64,000 bases of DNA from a virus. Its lineage: Duplodnaviria > Caudoviricetes. The position numbers and the translations under genes are program-made. Position 1 is the first letter of the stretch; each line of letters starts with the position of its first letter. The DNA lies in the IMG/VR virus record IMGVR_UViG_2728369500_000003, positions 1 to 64,000 of that record; one strand, 5' to 3'. The notes below the pieces were generated by a model. The model searched no databases and was not told the DNA's origin. It saw nothing but the letters and a program-made list of their open reading frames with translations. Shown here piece by piece: positions 19,224 through 28,947 of this stretch.

Positions 19224-19270
19224 TGTCAAATATTTGGCAAGTTTTTTTTCTGCTTTCTTTCCTAGTTTTG
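19224..19270 (+). promoter_or_regulatory. Putative late promoter (tail chaperone/tape measure)
   Basis: TGTCAAATATTTGGCAA, 22 bp, TAGTTTTG. Confidence 0.65.
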
Positions 19271-19288
19271 AGCTTTAAACAAAGTATT

Positions 19289-19639
19289 ATGAATAAAGAA
19301 ATTTTCCCAACAGAGCCCAGCGAAGATGGCTTTTTCTACCAAAGTGAAGAGGAGAAAAACAGCGGCATATTAACCCGGAAATACGACAACGGAAGTGAAG
19401 TAAAACACCTTGAACTCAAGGATGGCCGAAAAGCTTCGGTGAGAAAGCTCAAAGGCCGGGATTTTGTCGAAACCAAGAAAAGAATGCAAAATGATCCTGC
19501 CGGTGATTTTGAAACCATCAATATGAGTGTAGCCACCACCATAGAGGGAAAACAGCAGCCCCCGGAATTTTATCTCGATGATCTCTTCCAGGATGATTAT
19601 GCAAAACTCATGATCGCGTTTTCCTCATTAAATTTTTAA
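19289..19639 (+). CDS. Tail assembly chaperone (probable start MNKEIF)
   Basis: Upstream of tape measure; VRKLKGRD and LFQDDY motifs; slippery site at the 3' end. Confidence 0.8.
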   Translation: MNKEIFPTEPSEDGFFYQSEEEKNSGILTRKYDNGSEVKHLELKDGRKASVRKLKGRDFVETKKRMQNDPAGDFETINMSVATTIEGKQQPPEFYLDDLFQDDYAKLMIAFSSLNF

Positions 19640-19782
19640 TAGGGCTCAGGGAAATAGCCTTTACAGCGCACTTCTATGGCATATCACCATTAGAGGTAGA
19701 ACAGTGGTACAGCCGTGAGATATACCTTTATTATAGAGAAGCGGTAGCCATTCATAATACCTTAAACTCTATCGAAGAATGA
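19630..19782 (+). CDS. gpE'-like extension reached by -1 frameshift
   Basis: A-AAT-TTT heptamer at 19630-19636; -1 frame reads LIGLREIAFTAHFYGISPLEVEQWYSREIYLYYREAVAIHNTLNSIEE and stops over the tape-measure ATG. Confidence 0.75.
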   Translation, partial: KFLIGLREIAFTAHFYGISPLEVEQWYSREIYLYYREAVAIHNTLNSIEE

Positions 19783-21959
19783 ATCATGCAGCTACCGCCG
19801 TAACCCTTTTACTCAGAGCCGATATTTCAGGCGCAGAGTCCGCCATCAGACAACTTGACAGATCTTTCTCCGGCACATTAAGCAGAATCAATGCACAGGG
19901 ACAATCCTTGATCAATAGGGGGAAGAAAATGCAGGAGGCAGGCCTTTCCAACATGGCTGGAGGTGCTGCCATGCTCGCTCCATTAGGTTTAGCCGTAAAA
20001 CAGGCCATAGAATTAGAATCAAAAATTGCCGATGTGGCCAAGGTAACCAATGATGATTTTGGAAGTAAAGGGTTTACTGAATTAACCAATAATGCCATCG
20101 CTGTTTCTAATCTATACGGAGGGGCTGCTACCAGTGTAGCAGAACTCATGGCCGAATTGGCAGCAGGAGGCGTGGCCAAAAAAGAAATTGATGGAGTGGC
20201 AAGGTCTGCCAGTAAGATTTCTTTCGCCTTTGACATGGCAGCAGGGGAGGCAGCCAAAGGCTATATGGTCATTAAAAATGCCATGGGCATTACCCTAAAA
20301 GAAACCGATGCCGTAATGGATGCCATGAACGCCGCCACCAACAAATTTGGCGGTAAAGCTTCCAATCTGGTGACTTTTATGGCCAAGGGCGGAGCCTCTG
20401 TAGCCAGTACATTAAAAGTTTCAGGAACTCATATGCAGGCCTTCGGGAATGCCCTGCAGGTTGTAGGACAAAGCGGCGAAGAGTCCGCAACCATCATGAA
20501 AAGATTCCAAAAAGCCATCATGGGAAATAAGGAGCTCAGCGCGATGTTTGTTAAAGCAGGCGGCGGAGCAAAAGGACTCATCGCTATTTTGGAAAAAGCA
20601 AAAGCCAGCGGTAATGCCTTTAGCTGGCTCAATAAAAGAGATGTCGGTGAATACAGTAACGCGGTAGCTCAATTAGCTGCCAATATGGATACAGCAACCG
20701 GAGTCAGAAACCAGCTTAACTTTCTCTCTAAAAATTCCAATGTGACAGGTAGTGTTCAAAATGAAGCCCAGAACCGCTTAAAAACAACAGGTGCACAATT
20801 GGAAATCCTAAAGCAGCAAACCATCAATGCCGGTATTAAAATAGGAGGCGCTTTATTACCCTCCCTAATGAAGCTGGCTCAGGCTGCAAAACCACTCATA
20901 GACAACCTTTCTAAATGGATAACAGAAAATCCTAAATTAGTGGAGGGTATTGTAAAAATCATTGCAGCCATTGCCGCTCTAAAGATAGGAGTCGGCGCCT
21001 TACAATTTGGACTTGGAAGTACGATCACCACGATAGGAAAATTTATCACTGGCGGAAGTAAGGCACTAAGTGCCATTTCTAAGTTTTCCTCAACAATAGG
21101 ACCGCACATCGGTAAAACTTTCACAGTAGTGGGCAGAGTTTTTACCAGTATAGGCCCCGCCGCCATAAAAGCCGCTATGGGTCTGGGAAAAGCATTCAGG
21201 TTTATTGGGATCGCTTTTTCCACCGTGTCAAAATTACTCATCGCAAATCCCTGGATACTCTCTCTGACCGCCATTGCAGCAGCAGCCTATCTTATTTATA
21301 AAAACTGGGATAAGATTTCCACCTGGTTTTCTAAATTATGGACCAAGGTAGCCGCTGTTTTCCGTTCCTATATTAAACTCATATCCGCTCTGCTGATCAA
21401 ATTCACCCCTGCAGGACTGATCTATAAACATTGGGATAAGATAAAAGGATGGTTCTCCTCACTCTGGGGCACTCTAAAAGAACTCTTTAATAAAGGACTG
21501 GAAGGCATTAAATTTTTATTTTTGAATTTCACTCCGCAGGGGCTGATCTACAAACACTGGTCTCCCATTACTGCTTTTTTCCAGAAATTATGGGACAAGG
21601 TCAAAGAGATATTCGCTAAAGCGATCAGTTGGATAAAAAATTCTGCGATAGGCCCATTAATCAGTAAGATGTTAAGTGGCCTGCAAGGAGCCGTGAGCAG
21701 TACCCGTTCCGCTCTTGATTACGCCTCAAAAAATTCTCTGGACGCAACAATTAATCATGTGGGAGGCACTAAAGCGCTCCCTCAACCCAAATCGTATGCC
21801 CGAAATCTAAACAGCAGCATGAGCTTCGCACCGGTGATTAATATAAGCGGCAGTATGGATCAGCCGACCCAACAAAAACTGACCGCCCAGATGCGAAGGG
21901 ATTTTGAAAAGCAAATGGCAGACTACAGTCACGGACAAAAAAGAAAAGGATTCGAATGA
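19779..21959 (+). CDS. Tape measure protein (TP901-type core)
   Basis: Ala/Gly-rich helical protein; ESKIADVAKV; IYKNWDKI repeats. Confidence 0.92.
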   Translation: MNHAATAVTLLLRADISGAESAIRQLDRSFSGTLSRINAQGQSLINRGKKMQEAGLSNMAGGAAMLAPLGLAVKQAIELESKIADVAKVTNDDFGSKGFTELTNNAIAVSNLYGGAATSVAELMAELAAGGVAKKEIDGVARSASKISFAFDMAAGEAAKGYMVIKNAMGITLKETDAVMDAMNAATNKFGGKASNLVTFMAKGGASVASTLKVSGTHMQAFGNALQVVGQSGEESATIMKRFQKAIMGNKELSAMFVKAGGGAKGLIAILEKAKASGNAFSWLNKRDVGEYSNAVAQLAANMDTATGVRNQLNFLSKNSNVTGSVQNEAQNRLKTTGAQLEILKQQTINAGIKIGGALLPSLMKLAQAAKPLIDNLSKWITENPKLVEGIVKIIAAIAALKIGVGALQFGLGSTITTIGKFITGGSKALSAISKFSSTIGPHIGKTFTVVGRVFTSIGPAAIKAAMGLGKAFRFIGIAFSTVSKLLIANPWILSLTAIAAAAYLIYKNWDKISTWFSKLWTKVAAVFRSYIKLISALLIKFTPAGLIYKHWDKIKGWFSSLWGTLKELFNKGLEGIKFLFLNFTPQGLIYKHWSPITAFFQKLWDKVKEIFAKAISWIKNSAIGPLISKMLSGLQGAVSSTRSALDYASKNSLDATINHVGGTKALPQPKSYARNLNSSMSFAPVINISGSMDQPTQQKLTAQMRRDFEKQMADYSHGQKRKGFE

Positions 21960-22807
21960 TATTTCAATTAGGCAATAAAGAATTTTCAGGCCTCTACGCC
22001 CCGGAAGCATGGTCTTATTCCGGAAATGAGGCTGTGCTTTCCCAGTATGATTTGATAGGCTCCAAGCCAAGGCTACAATTGGGGAGTGAAACCCTGGAAG
22101 AATTATCCCTACAGCTCACTTTAAGAGCGGATTTCTGCAATATCAATCAGGAATTACAGGATTTTGAAACATGGAAAAGCACAGGAGAAATATTACCCCT
22201 GATATTAGGCAATGGGGAGTATATCAACGATTTTGTACTCAAGTCCGCAGTGAAAACCATCTCGCAGACTTTCAGCGATGGATCCCCTATTGAGATTCAG
22301 GTTTCTCTGTCTCTTTTGGAAGTAGCTAATGATCCTGATAAGAAAAAAATCAATGCAAGGAAAAATGCACGGGCTGTTGGTGATAAACAGCAGATCAATA
22401 CACTTCCTCCACAGCCCAAAACCTCAGAAGCACAGGCCCATAAAGCACTCATGGATGCCCAGTTAAAAGCATGGCAGGCCGCTGAAACAGCCAATCAAAC
22501 CCTCCAAGTGGACAATCCCGCTTCTTTATTTGACAAAGTTAAAAACACTCTCGATCAGGCGCAGAATAACATGACCAAAGCAATCGATGCTATTTCTGAG
22601 GCGCAGCAGCAGATCCATAATGCAGCCGGTATTATTTCAGCCCTTAAAGAGTCTATGGCTCAGCTCACAGAGATTAAAACGGTAATGAAAGAACCTTTCA
22701 GAACACAAGACGTAAAGGCTGCTGTTTTGAATGCACAAAACGGAATCAGGGCGGTTAATACCGCTTCTACCGTATTCACTAATGATATTATTCTAAGAAA
22801 AATATAA
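21956..22807 (+). CDS. gpU-like tail tube initiator with C-terminal extension
   Basis: MIFQLG..GSKPRLQ..LEELSLQLTL motif. Confidence 0.8.
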   Translation: MIFQLGNKEFSGLYAPEAWSYSGNEAVLSQYDLIGSKPRLQLGSETLEELSLQLTLRADFCNINQELQDFETWKSTGEILPLILGNGEYINDFVLKSAVKTISQTFSDGSPIEIQVSLSLLEVANDPDKKKINARKNARAVGDKQQINTLPPQPKTSEAQAHKALMDAQLKAWQAAETANQTLQVDNPASLFDKVKNTLDQAQNNMTKAIDAISEAQQQIHNAAGIISALKESMAQLTEIKTVMKEPFRTQDVKAAVLNAQNGIRAVNTASTVFTNDIILRKI

Positions 22808-23028
22808 TAGCCGATACGATTCAATATATCACGCAAGATGGAGAGAGATGGGATTCCATTTCCTGGAAAATGTATGGAACCGTGAGAGAAATTCCACGAT
22901 TAATTTCTGCTAATCCCCAGGTGCCCATTTCTGAAAGACTAAAAGCAGGGACTGTGCTGGAGGTTCCAGTATTGGAAAGTTACAACCTAAAAACCGAAAA
23001 AGACCAATTACCACCATGGAAACGCTAG
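22807..23028 (+). CDS. P2 gpX-like tail protein with ATA at the start position (not in the ORF track)
   Basis: YITQDGERWDSISWKMYG..LISANP..LPPWKR; TAATA overlap with the upstream stop instead of TAATG. Confidence 0.85.
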   Translation: MADTIQYITQDGERWDSISWKMYGTVREIPRLISANPQVPISERLKAGTVLEVPVLESYNLKTEKDQLPPWKR

Positions 23029-24071
23029 ATCAGATATACATCAAAGTCCTTTATAATGGTAAAAACATTACCGCAGATGTAAGCAAAAGCCTCATGTCTT
23101 TGGGGTATACAGATCATATGTCCGAGGCAGATACTCTGGACATTACCCTGGAGGATTCTGAGTGTAAATGGCAGAGTGAGTGGTATCCCGAGAAAGGTGC
23201 AAAGATCACTGCTCAAATCGGTATTGCAGGAGGTGAAGTCTTAGATTGCGGAATCTTTGAAATTGATGAGATTGAATTGTACGGCAGCCCCGATGCAGTC
23301 AATATACGCTGTATCGCAGCCGGATTTAAACAGGGACAGAAAAGAACCCTAAAAAGCCATGTTCACGAAAAGAAAACCCTTTCTCAGATCGTGCATACCA
23401 TCGCAGCAGATCTAGGGTTAAAAGTCATTGGCAATGTGAGCCAGGTAAAAGTAGAGAGGCTCGTTCAGCAGAAAAAAGGCAATCTGACCACGCTCAAAAA
23501 ACTCGCTTCCAGATACGGCTATACCTTCAATGTCAGGGATCAGAATTTAATTTTTATTAAAAACGAAGAATTGGAGGGTAAACAGGCCGTAGCCTATTTC
23601 GATAAAACGGATCTAATCAGCTTCTCTTTAACGGATAGAACTTTTGGCACCTATAGCTCCGCATCTATCAGGTTTCACAATCCGGAAGCAGGATCCATTA
23701 TTGAGTATAAGACCTCAGAGGGAGGACTCCCCAATTCAGATGATGTCCTACATTTAGAACAGAGCGTAGATAGTATCGAGCAGGCACAGCAGATCACAAA
23801 ATCAGCCCTCCGGGAAGCTAATAAAATGCAGCAATCAGGAAATATTGCCCTTCCCGGATCTGTGGTTCTGATAAGCGGCAATATCATTTCCCTGCATCGC
23901 CTGGGAAGACTTTCCGGGGATTATCTGATCAAAAGTGCTTCTCATACCTTGAGCAGTACCAGCGGCTGGCTGGTAGATGCAGAGATCTATAAAGTAGGAT
24001 ATAAGGAGGAGCTAGAAAAACAGACCGAAAGAAATACCCCGAAAAAAAATAAAAAAGACAGCAGCCAGTAA
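23016..24071 (+). CDS. P2 gpD-like baseplate hub
   Basis: ADTLDITLED, CGIFEIDEI, LASRYG, GDYLIKSASH motifs. Confidence 0.9.
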   Translation: METLDQIYIKVLYNGKNITADVSKSLMSLGYTDHMSEADTLDITLEDSECKWQSEWYPEKGAKITAQIGIAGGEVLDCGIFEIDEIELYGSPDAVNIRCIAAGFKQGQKRTLKSHVHEKKTLSQIVHTIAADLGLKVIGNVSQVKVERLVQQKKGNLTTLKKLASRYGYTFNVRDQNLIFIKNEELEGKQAVAYFDKTDLISFSLTDRTFGTYSSASIRFHNPEAGSIIEYKTSEGGLPNSDDVLHLEQSVDSIEQAQQITKSALREANKMQQSGNIALPGSVVLISGNIISLHRLGRLSGDYLIKSASHTLSSTSGWLVDAEIYKVGYKEELEKQTERNTPKKNKKDSSQ

Positions 24072-24121
24072 GTTTTAATGATAAAGCCAACTGGAGAATC
24101 CTTAAAAAATTGGCCACCACA

Positions 24122-24607
24122 ATGCTAAAATTCGGATTTATAACAGAAATAGACCACGCTAAAGGGTGTGTCAGAGTGAACTTTGCCAGCGATCAGATCG
24201 TCAGCAATCCCCTGCCGGTATCTGTACCGGCTTCAAAAAAGGACAAATACACATTCCCATTTTCAATCAATGAGCAGGTATGGTGCCTGATGGATGAAAA
24301 CTGTGAATTCGGAGTCGTGGGCGGCGCCATCTATTCCCAGAAAGATTTCCCGCCACAAGGAGCCCGTGAAGATAAGCTCATCACAGAAATGAACGATGGT
24401 ACATTTAGACTGGAAATTGATAAAGCAAGCGGGAAATTCAAGATCAGCAATCCCGAAGTTAGTTTTAAGGAATTGTTTGAGGATTTAAAAATACTCATTG
24501 AAAACCTCAAAGTCAAAACATCCTCAGGACCCAGCGCAGGACTCCTGCCCGATACCATAGAGCGATTAAACCAGTTCGAACAGAAATACGAAAAAATACT
24601 ATCCTGA
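24122..24607 (+). CDS. Baseplate spike gpV-like (probable ATG start at 24122)
   Basis: MLKFGFITEID..VRVNF..NEQVWCLMD..GVVGGAIYS. Confidence 0.85.
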   Translation: MLKFGFITEIDHAKGCVRVNFASDQIVSNPLPVSVPASKKDKYTFPFSINEQVWCLMDENCEFGVVGGAIYSQKDFPPQGAREDKLITEMNDGTFRLEIDKASGKFKISNPEVSFKELFEDLKILIENLKVKTSSGPSAGLLPDTIERLNQFEQKYEKILS

Positions 24608-24828
24608 TGCCATTAGATAAAAATACATTAAAAACCGAAATTAAAGCCATTCTATCCGATATGGAAAACAAAGAAACGGACAGCAAAGAAGAATTTGCCC
24701 AAAGACTTTCAGAGGCTATTGATGCATTTGTTAAGAGCGCTACGGTTACGGTCGCTGCGGGAATTCCGGTAACAACCTCCGGCGGATCGGGCTCTACTTC
24801 AGAGCAAGGAACTGGAACCATCTCCTAA
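24607..24828 (+). CDS. Small baseplate-region protein
   Basis: 73 aa, translationally coupled to neighbour. Confidence 0.65.
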   Translation: MPLDKNTLKTEIKAILSDMENKETDSKEEFAQRLSEAIDAFVKSATVTVAAGIPVTTSGGSGSTSEQGTGTIS

Positions 24829-24875
24829 AGGCAAATATTCAGCAAAAATTTTCCCGGCACAAGACATTAAGTTTG
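24829..24875 (+). promoter_or_regulatory. Putative late promoter (baseplate wedge)
   Basis: AGGCAAATATTCAGCAA, 22 bp, TAAGTTTG, 4 bp, ATG. Confidence 0.6.
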
Positions 24876-24879
24876 CCCT

Positions 24880-25797
24880 ATGCAAGTGAGCGATATCCCA
24901 ACAAAAAACTGGCAGTTAGACCTTAACAATGCAGGTAAAATTGTAGCCGGATATGATGATATTCAGCAGTGTATTGCTATTATTCTGCGCACCCGAAAAG
25001 GAGAAGACCCCCTAAGACCAGACTTTGGAAGTGATATCTGGAAATGGCTCGATAAACCCATATCTGCCTCAATTCCCAACATGAAAAGAGAAATTATTCA
25101 GGCCCTGCAATCATATGAACCCCGAATAACCATCCAAAAAATTGTCCATGAAATGGATATAACAGAGGGCAAAAGCAATATTATTTTTGGGATTACCTAC
25201 AAAACCGGAGAGAATTACACAGGTACCTTTCAGTATCACCTGAAACAGGACACCAGGCCTTTGGCTCTTTCCGCATCCTACCTGCCTGATGCATTCCTCT
25301 ATTTTATTGAGATGTCTTTACAGGGTGGGGAGGTTACTCCAGCGAGTCCACAAAATGGATTCCTGTCTATTAATGAAATGATGAAATGGGTACATCAATT
25401 TTGGGGAAATCTGGGCAATTGGTATCTACTCATCCAGGAAAACAAGGTGATTGTGTATATCAATACCCAATTAGGAGCATCCGGTAAATTGACCGTCACA
25501 AGTGTTACAAGTGAATTACACGCACCATTTCCAGAGAGATACGATCTTATCAATTACAATATCATATTTAAGAAAGACGGACGCAGAATAGCTCCCTGGA
25601 ATTCAGAAGGCTTTCAGACCGAAAATGAAGCGTTGAATTTCGTAAGTCAGCAATACAAAGACTATGGGAAGTGGATCTTAAAAGACAATTATTTAGTGCT
25701 CATAGCAAGTGAGCCTTTAGATGGCTGTACGTTAGAAATTAACCTATTAACAAAAGGGGCTTTTAGCTCTGATTTTAATGAAGACTTTGAAATATAA
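24880..25797 (+). CDS. GPW/gp25 baseplate wedge protein with long C-terminal extension
   Basis: DIQQCIAIILRTRKGEDPLRPDFGS..YEPRI motif; about 190 extra residues. Confidence 0.85.
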   Translation: MQVSDIPTKNWQLDLNNAGKIVAGYDDIQQCIAIILRTRKGEDPLRPDFGSDIWKWLDKPISASIPNMKREIIQALQSYEPRITIQKIVHEMDITEGKSNIIFGITYKTGENYTGTFQYHLKQDTRPLALSASYLPDAFLYFIEMSLQGGEVTPASPQNGFLSINEMMKWVHQFWGNLGNWYLLIQENKVIVYINTQLGASGKLTVTSVTSELHAPFPERYDLINYNIIFKKDGRRIAPWNSEGFQTENEALNFVSQQYKDYGKWILKDNYLVLIASEPLDGCTLEINLLTKGAFSSDFNEDFEI

Positions 25798-26900
25798 TGG
25801 AAGCACCTGAATTTATAGATATAGACCCTGAAACCATTATCCGCGAGATAAAATCGGACTACGAGCAGATGACCGGCAGTACCCTTTATCCCGGACAGGT
25901 AGAACAATTGCTGATTAATGCTTTGGCCTATCGGGAAGTCTTATTAAGAACACAGATTCAAAATGCCGCAACACAGAATCTGGTAGCCTTCAGCTCTGCC
26001 CCCTTTTTAGATTTCCTGGGAGATCTGGTCGGCGTAAAAAGACTTCCACCTTCTAAGGCTTTCGTTCAGGTAAAAATGAAATGTACGCCAGGACACGGAG
26101 TTCTCACCATACCAAAGGGCATTAGAATACAGGCTAATAATACCGGGGAGGTCTTTGCTCTCATGGAGGATGTGACCCTTCAGGCTGATGAAGATGAAAA
26201 AACAGCATCATTTGTCAGTGTGAATAACGGCGCACAGGCTAATGGATTGAATCCCGGGGAAATATCAATCATATTAGACCCTCAGCCTTATCTCTTCTCG
26301 GTAACCAACATCAATACATCCACAGGCGGAAGCAATGAAGAATCGGACGAAGCTTTGCGAGAGCGTATTACCCTGGCTCCACAATCTTTCAGCAATGCCG
26401 GAAGCCGCGGAGCGTATGCCTTTTTTGCACGCAGCGCCAATGCAGCAATTATGGATGTAGGAATCACCTCCCCTCTTCCCGGTCAGGTTAATATTTATCC
26501 ATTAATGAAAGACGGAGAATTACCCAGCCAGGCCGTTTTGGACCAGGTAAAGATCGCATGCAGCGATGAAAAAGTACGACCCCTCACAGACACAGTTATC
26601 GTACTGCCCCCTACCGCTAAAAGTTACCAGATTGATGTTGATCTCACATTAATCACAGGGGCTTTAAGTTCGGAAGTTATCGCTATGGTACATGATAAAC
26701 TCATCAATTATGCCAGCAGCAGGAAGATGAAAACAGGACTTGACGTGGTTATCGAAAAAATTATAGGAGAAGCCATGAAAGTAGATTCTGTGTATGAGGT
26801 AAAGGTAAATTCACCTTTATCGACAATCCTTGTCGGTGAAGATCAGGTAGCCCTATGCTCGGGGGTCAATGTTAAAGTAACAGGATATAGCGATGAATAA
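25797..26900 (+). CDS. Baseplate J/gp47 protein
   Basis: FLDFLGDLVGVKRL, GGSNEESDEALRER, NAGSRGAY motifs. Confidence 0.93.
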   Translation: MEAPEFIDIDPETIIREIKSDYEQMTGSTLYPGQVEQLLINALAYREVLLRTQIQNAATQNLVAFSSAPFLDFLGDLVGVKRLPPSKAFVQVKMKCTPGHGVLTIPKGIRIQANNTGEVFALMEDVTLQADEDEKTASFVSVNNGAQANGLNPGEISIILDPQPYLFSVTNINTSTGGSNEESDEALRERITLAPQSFSNAGSRGAYAFFARSANAAIMDVGITSPLPGQVNIYPLMKDGELPSQAVLDQVKIACSDEKVRPLTDTVIVLPPTAKSYQIDVDLTLITGALSSEVIAMVHDKLINYASSRKMKTGLDVVIEKIIGEAMKVDSVYEVKVNSPLSTILVGEDQVALCSGVNVKVTGYSDE

Positions 26901-27525
26901 TATACTGCCCGAGAGCTTGCAGCAACCCCATATCATCGCTTTTGACCTTTTGGCAAAAAAGCGCTTTAATGCCATAGAGCTAGATACCCTGCTGGTCTAC
27001 ATGATTGATTCCGTACCGGAATCAGTCCTAAGAACATTAGCGATTCAGTTTGATCTCATGGGCTACAATGGATGGAAACTCGCAGACACCACCGAAAAGA
27101 AAAGAGACCTTATCAAAAGAGGAATTGAGCTTCACAGGTATAAAGGGACGCTCTGGGCCATCAAAGAAGCCCTGAGAACAGTAGGATTTCCTGATGCAAC
27201 CATTACAGAGCATGTAAACCACTGGGCAGGATTTACCATTGAACTGGGTATTGGGCAGAATGCTGTAGATCCACAGCGTATTGAAGATGCCCTGGCCATG
27301 GTCAAAGCCTATAAGAATGAACGATCACATCTCATGGGATTTGAATTTAAACTCGATTTCCAGGAAATGCTTTCATTGGTCGATGACAGCTATGAAGCTC
27401 CCGGAATAGAAAGTGAAGATGCTCTATTCTTAGGGGGTGACTTTATATATGACGGCACCTACACCTACAATGGTGAAAAAAATTACAACAACGACAACGA
27501 TGTTTTAGAAATCATAATAAACTGA
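26893..27525 (+). CDS. Tail protein I (P2 gpI-like)
   Basis: LAIQFDL..KRDLIKRGIELHRYKGT..IKEAL. Confidence 0.88.
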   Translation: MNNILPESLQQPHIIAFDLLAKKRFNAIELDTLLVYMIDSVPESVLRTLAIQFDLMGYNGWKLADTTEKKRDLIKRGIELHRYKGTLWAIKEALRTVGFPDATITEHVNHWAGFTIELGIGQNAVDPQRIEDALAMVKAYKNERSHLMGFEFKLDFQEMLSLVDDSYEAPGIESEDALFLGGDFIYDGTYTYNGEKNYNNDNDVLEIIIN

Positions 27526-27526
27526 G

Positions 27527-27967
27527 ATGAAAGAAAATATAATAACAAAAGGATCTCTGGAAATCATTGTAAAAGATTCGGCAACACGACAAACCCTGAA
27601 GCGGATGAGCGGTGATAATCTTATTGTTTCCGGAGGAATCATCAACGTAGCCAAACTACTGGGCGGAGATCTTTCCGGGAAAAGTATTTCCAAAGTAGGT
27701 TTTGGTGAAGGCCTCGCCGATCCCTCACCACAAGACAATGCCCTGGTCAATGGTTTCTATAAAAATATAGATAGCGTTACCTACCCTTCCATGAGTAAGG
27801 TACAATTTACTTTTTCTTTAGCTGCCGGGGAGGCGAACGGACTCAAAATTACAGAGCTGGGACTTTTTAATGCAGATCTGGTCATGTTTTCAAGAAAAAC
27901 CAGACCGGAAATACTCAAGACATCAGCAATTATTTTAACAGGAATCTGGACCATAACAATTAACTAA
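27527..27967 (+). CDS. Tail/baseplate protein
   Basis: ITELGLF motif typical of tail-fibre attachment domains. Confidence 0.6.
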   Translation: MKENIITKGSLEIIVKDSATRQTLKRMSGDNLIVSGGIINVAKLLGGDLSGKSISKVGFGEGLADPSPQDNALVNGFYKNIDSVTYPSMSKVQFTFSLAAGEANGLKITELGLFNADLVMFSRKTRPEILKTSAIILTGIWTITIN

Positions 27968-27968
27968 A

Positions 27969-28946
27969 ATGGGAGTTTTACAAGAATCAGCAGAGTGGGA
28001 AAAAAGCATCTATCAGATAGAACAGTCGGATGTAGTACGGGGAGGTGATCCCCAGTCCGGAGGAATTGCCAACCGACAGGCTCAGCAGCTGGCCAATAGA
28101 ACGAAGTATCTTTATGATCATTTCAGCAAAAGAAAATCTCTAACCATCAAGCAGGTTTCACAGAGCATTCAATTGACTTTGCCTGATATCGTGGATAAAG
28201 ACGTCGTTTTGGATATTGCAAGCAGCGGCAAAGTGGTAACAGTAAATACTTCAGGAATTAATGAGGGTCAGGTTATGTCTTTCACCGCACTGGGGACAAA
28301 CAGAAACGCCGTAAAAATAGAAACCGGAATCCCCATAGAAGCAACTCCCGATGATGAGTTTAAAACAGATTTGTGGTTACATGGCGGAGAAAGCTTTTCA
28401 GCAGCATTCTACGGAGGTAAACTCTATCTCATCGGTGGAAATATTCATCTGGAAAACATTGGTGAAGTACGCTATGGATATACCCCGCAATCTTTCTCTC
28501 TCCCGGCAAACGGCACTCTTGTTAACCGAGCGGATTTCCCAAGACTTTGGCAAATGGTCAGCAAATATTCCAAGATCGTTACAGACTCCCAGTGGCTCAG
28601 TGCCAGTGGTTTAAACAGCGGATATTTTTCCTCAGGCAATGGTACTTCTACTTTCAGGGTGCCGGATTTACGAGGTCTTTTCATTCGTGGATTAGACGCT
28701 GGAAGGGGCATAGACCTGGACAGAAATTCAGCAAACATTCAGGACGGATCTTTCCAGGCAGATGCTTTAAAAAAGCACAAACACCTCATTACCGATGTTC
28801 ATCCCTATGATGGATTTGCACTGCTGGGAGGAGGATTTAATGGAGGAGCAAATAACTTCAAATGGAGAAATACTGAAACCCAGGAAGCAGGAACCTATGA
28901 AACAAGACCGCAAAACATAGCCCTAACACCTTATATAAGATTTTAA
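27969..28946 (+). CDS. Tail fibre protein with collar domain
   Basis: ANRQAQQLANRTKYL N-terminus; NGTSTFRVPDLRGLFIRG..ETRPQNIA collar motif. Confidence 0.88.
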   Translation: MGVLQESAEWEKSIYQIEQSDVVRGGDPQSGGIANRQAQQLANRTKYLYDHFSKRKSLTIKQVSQSIQLTLPDIVDKDVVLDIASSGKVVTVNTSGINEGQVMSFTALGTNRNAVKIETGIPIEATPDDEFKTDLWLHGGESFSAAFYGGKLYLIGGNIHLENIGEVRYGYTPQSFSLPANGTLVNRADFPRLWQMVSKYSKIVTDSQWLSASGLNSGYFSSGNGTSTFRVPDLRGLFIRGLDAGRGIDLDRNSANIQDGSFQADALKKHKHLITDVHPYDGFALLGGGFNGGANNFKWRNTETQEAGTYETRPQNIALTPYIRF

Positions 28947-28947
28947 G

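Noticed and set aside
19190-19288. N-terminal extension of the tail chaperone in the ORF track
   Set aside because: It differs between the prophages and overlaps the promoter motif; ATG 19289 is the more likely start.
28559-28571. Sixth copy of the late-promoter motif (GCAAATATTCC)
   Set aside because: Partial match inside a coding region with no -7 box 22 bp downstream.
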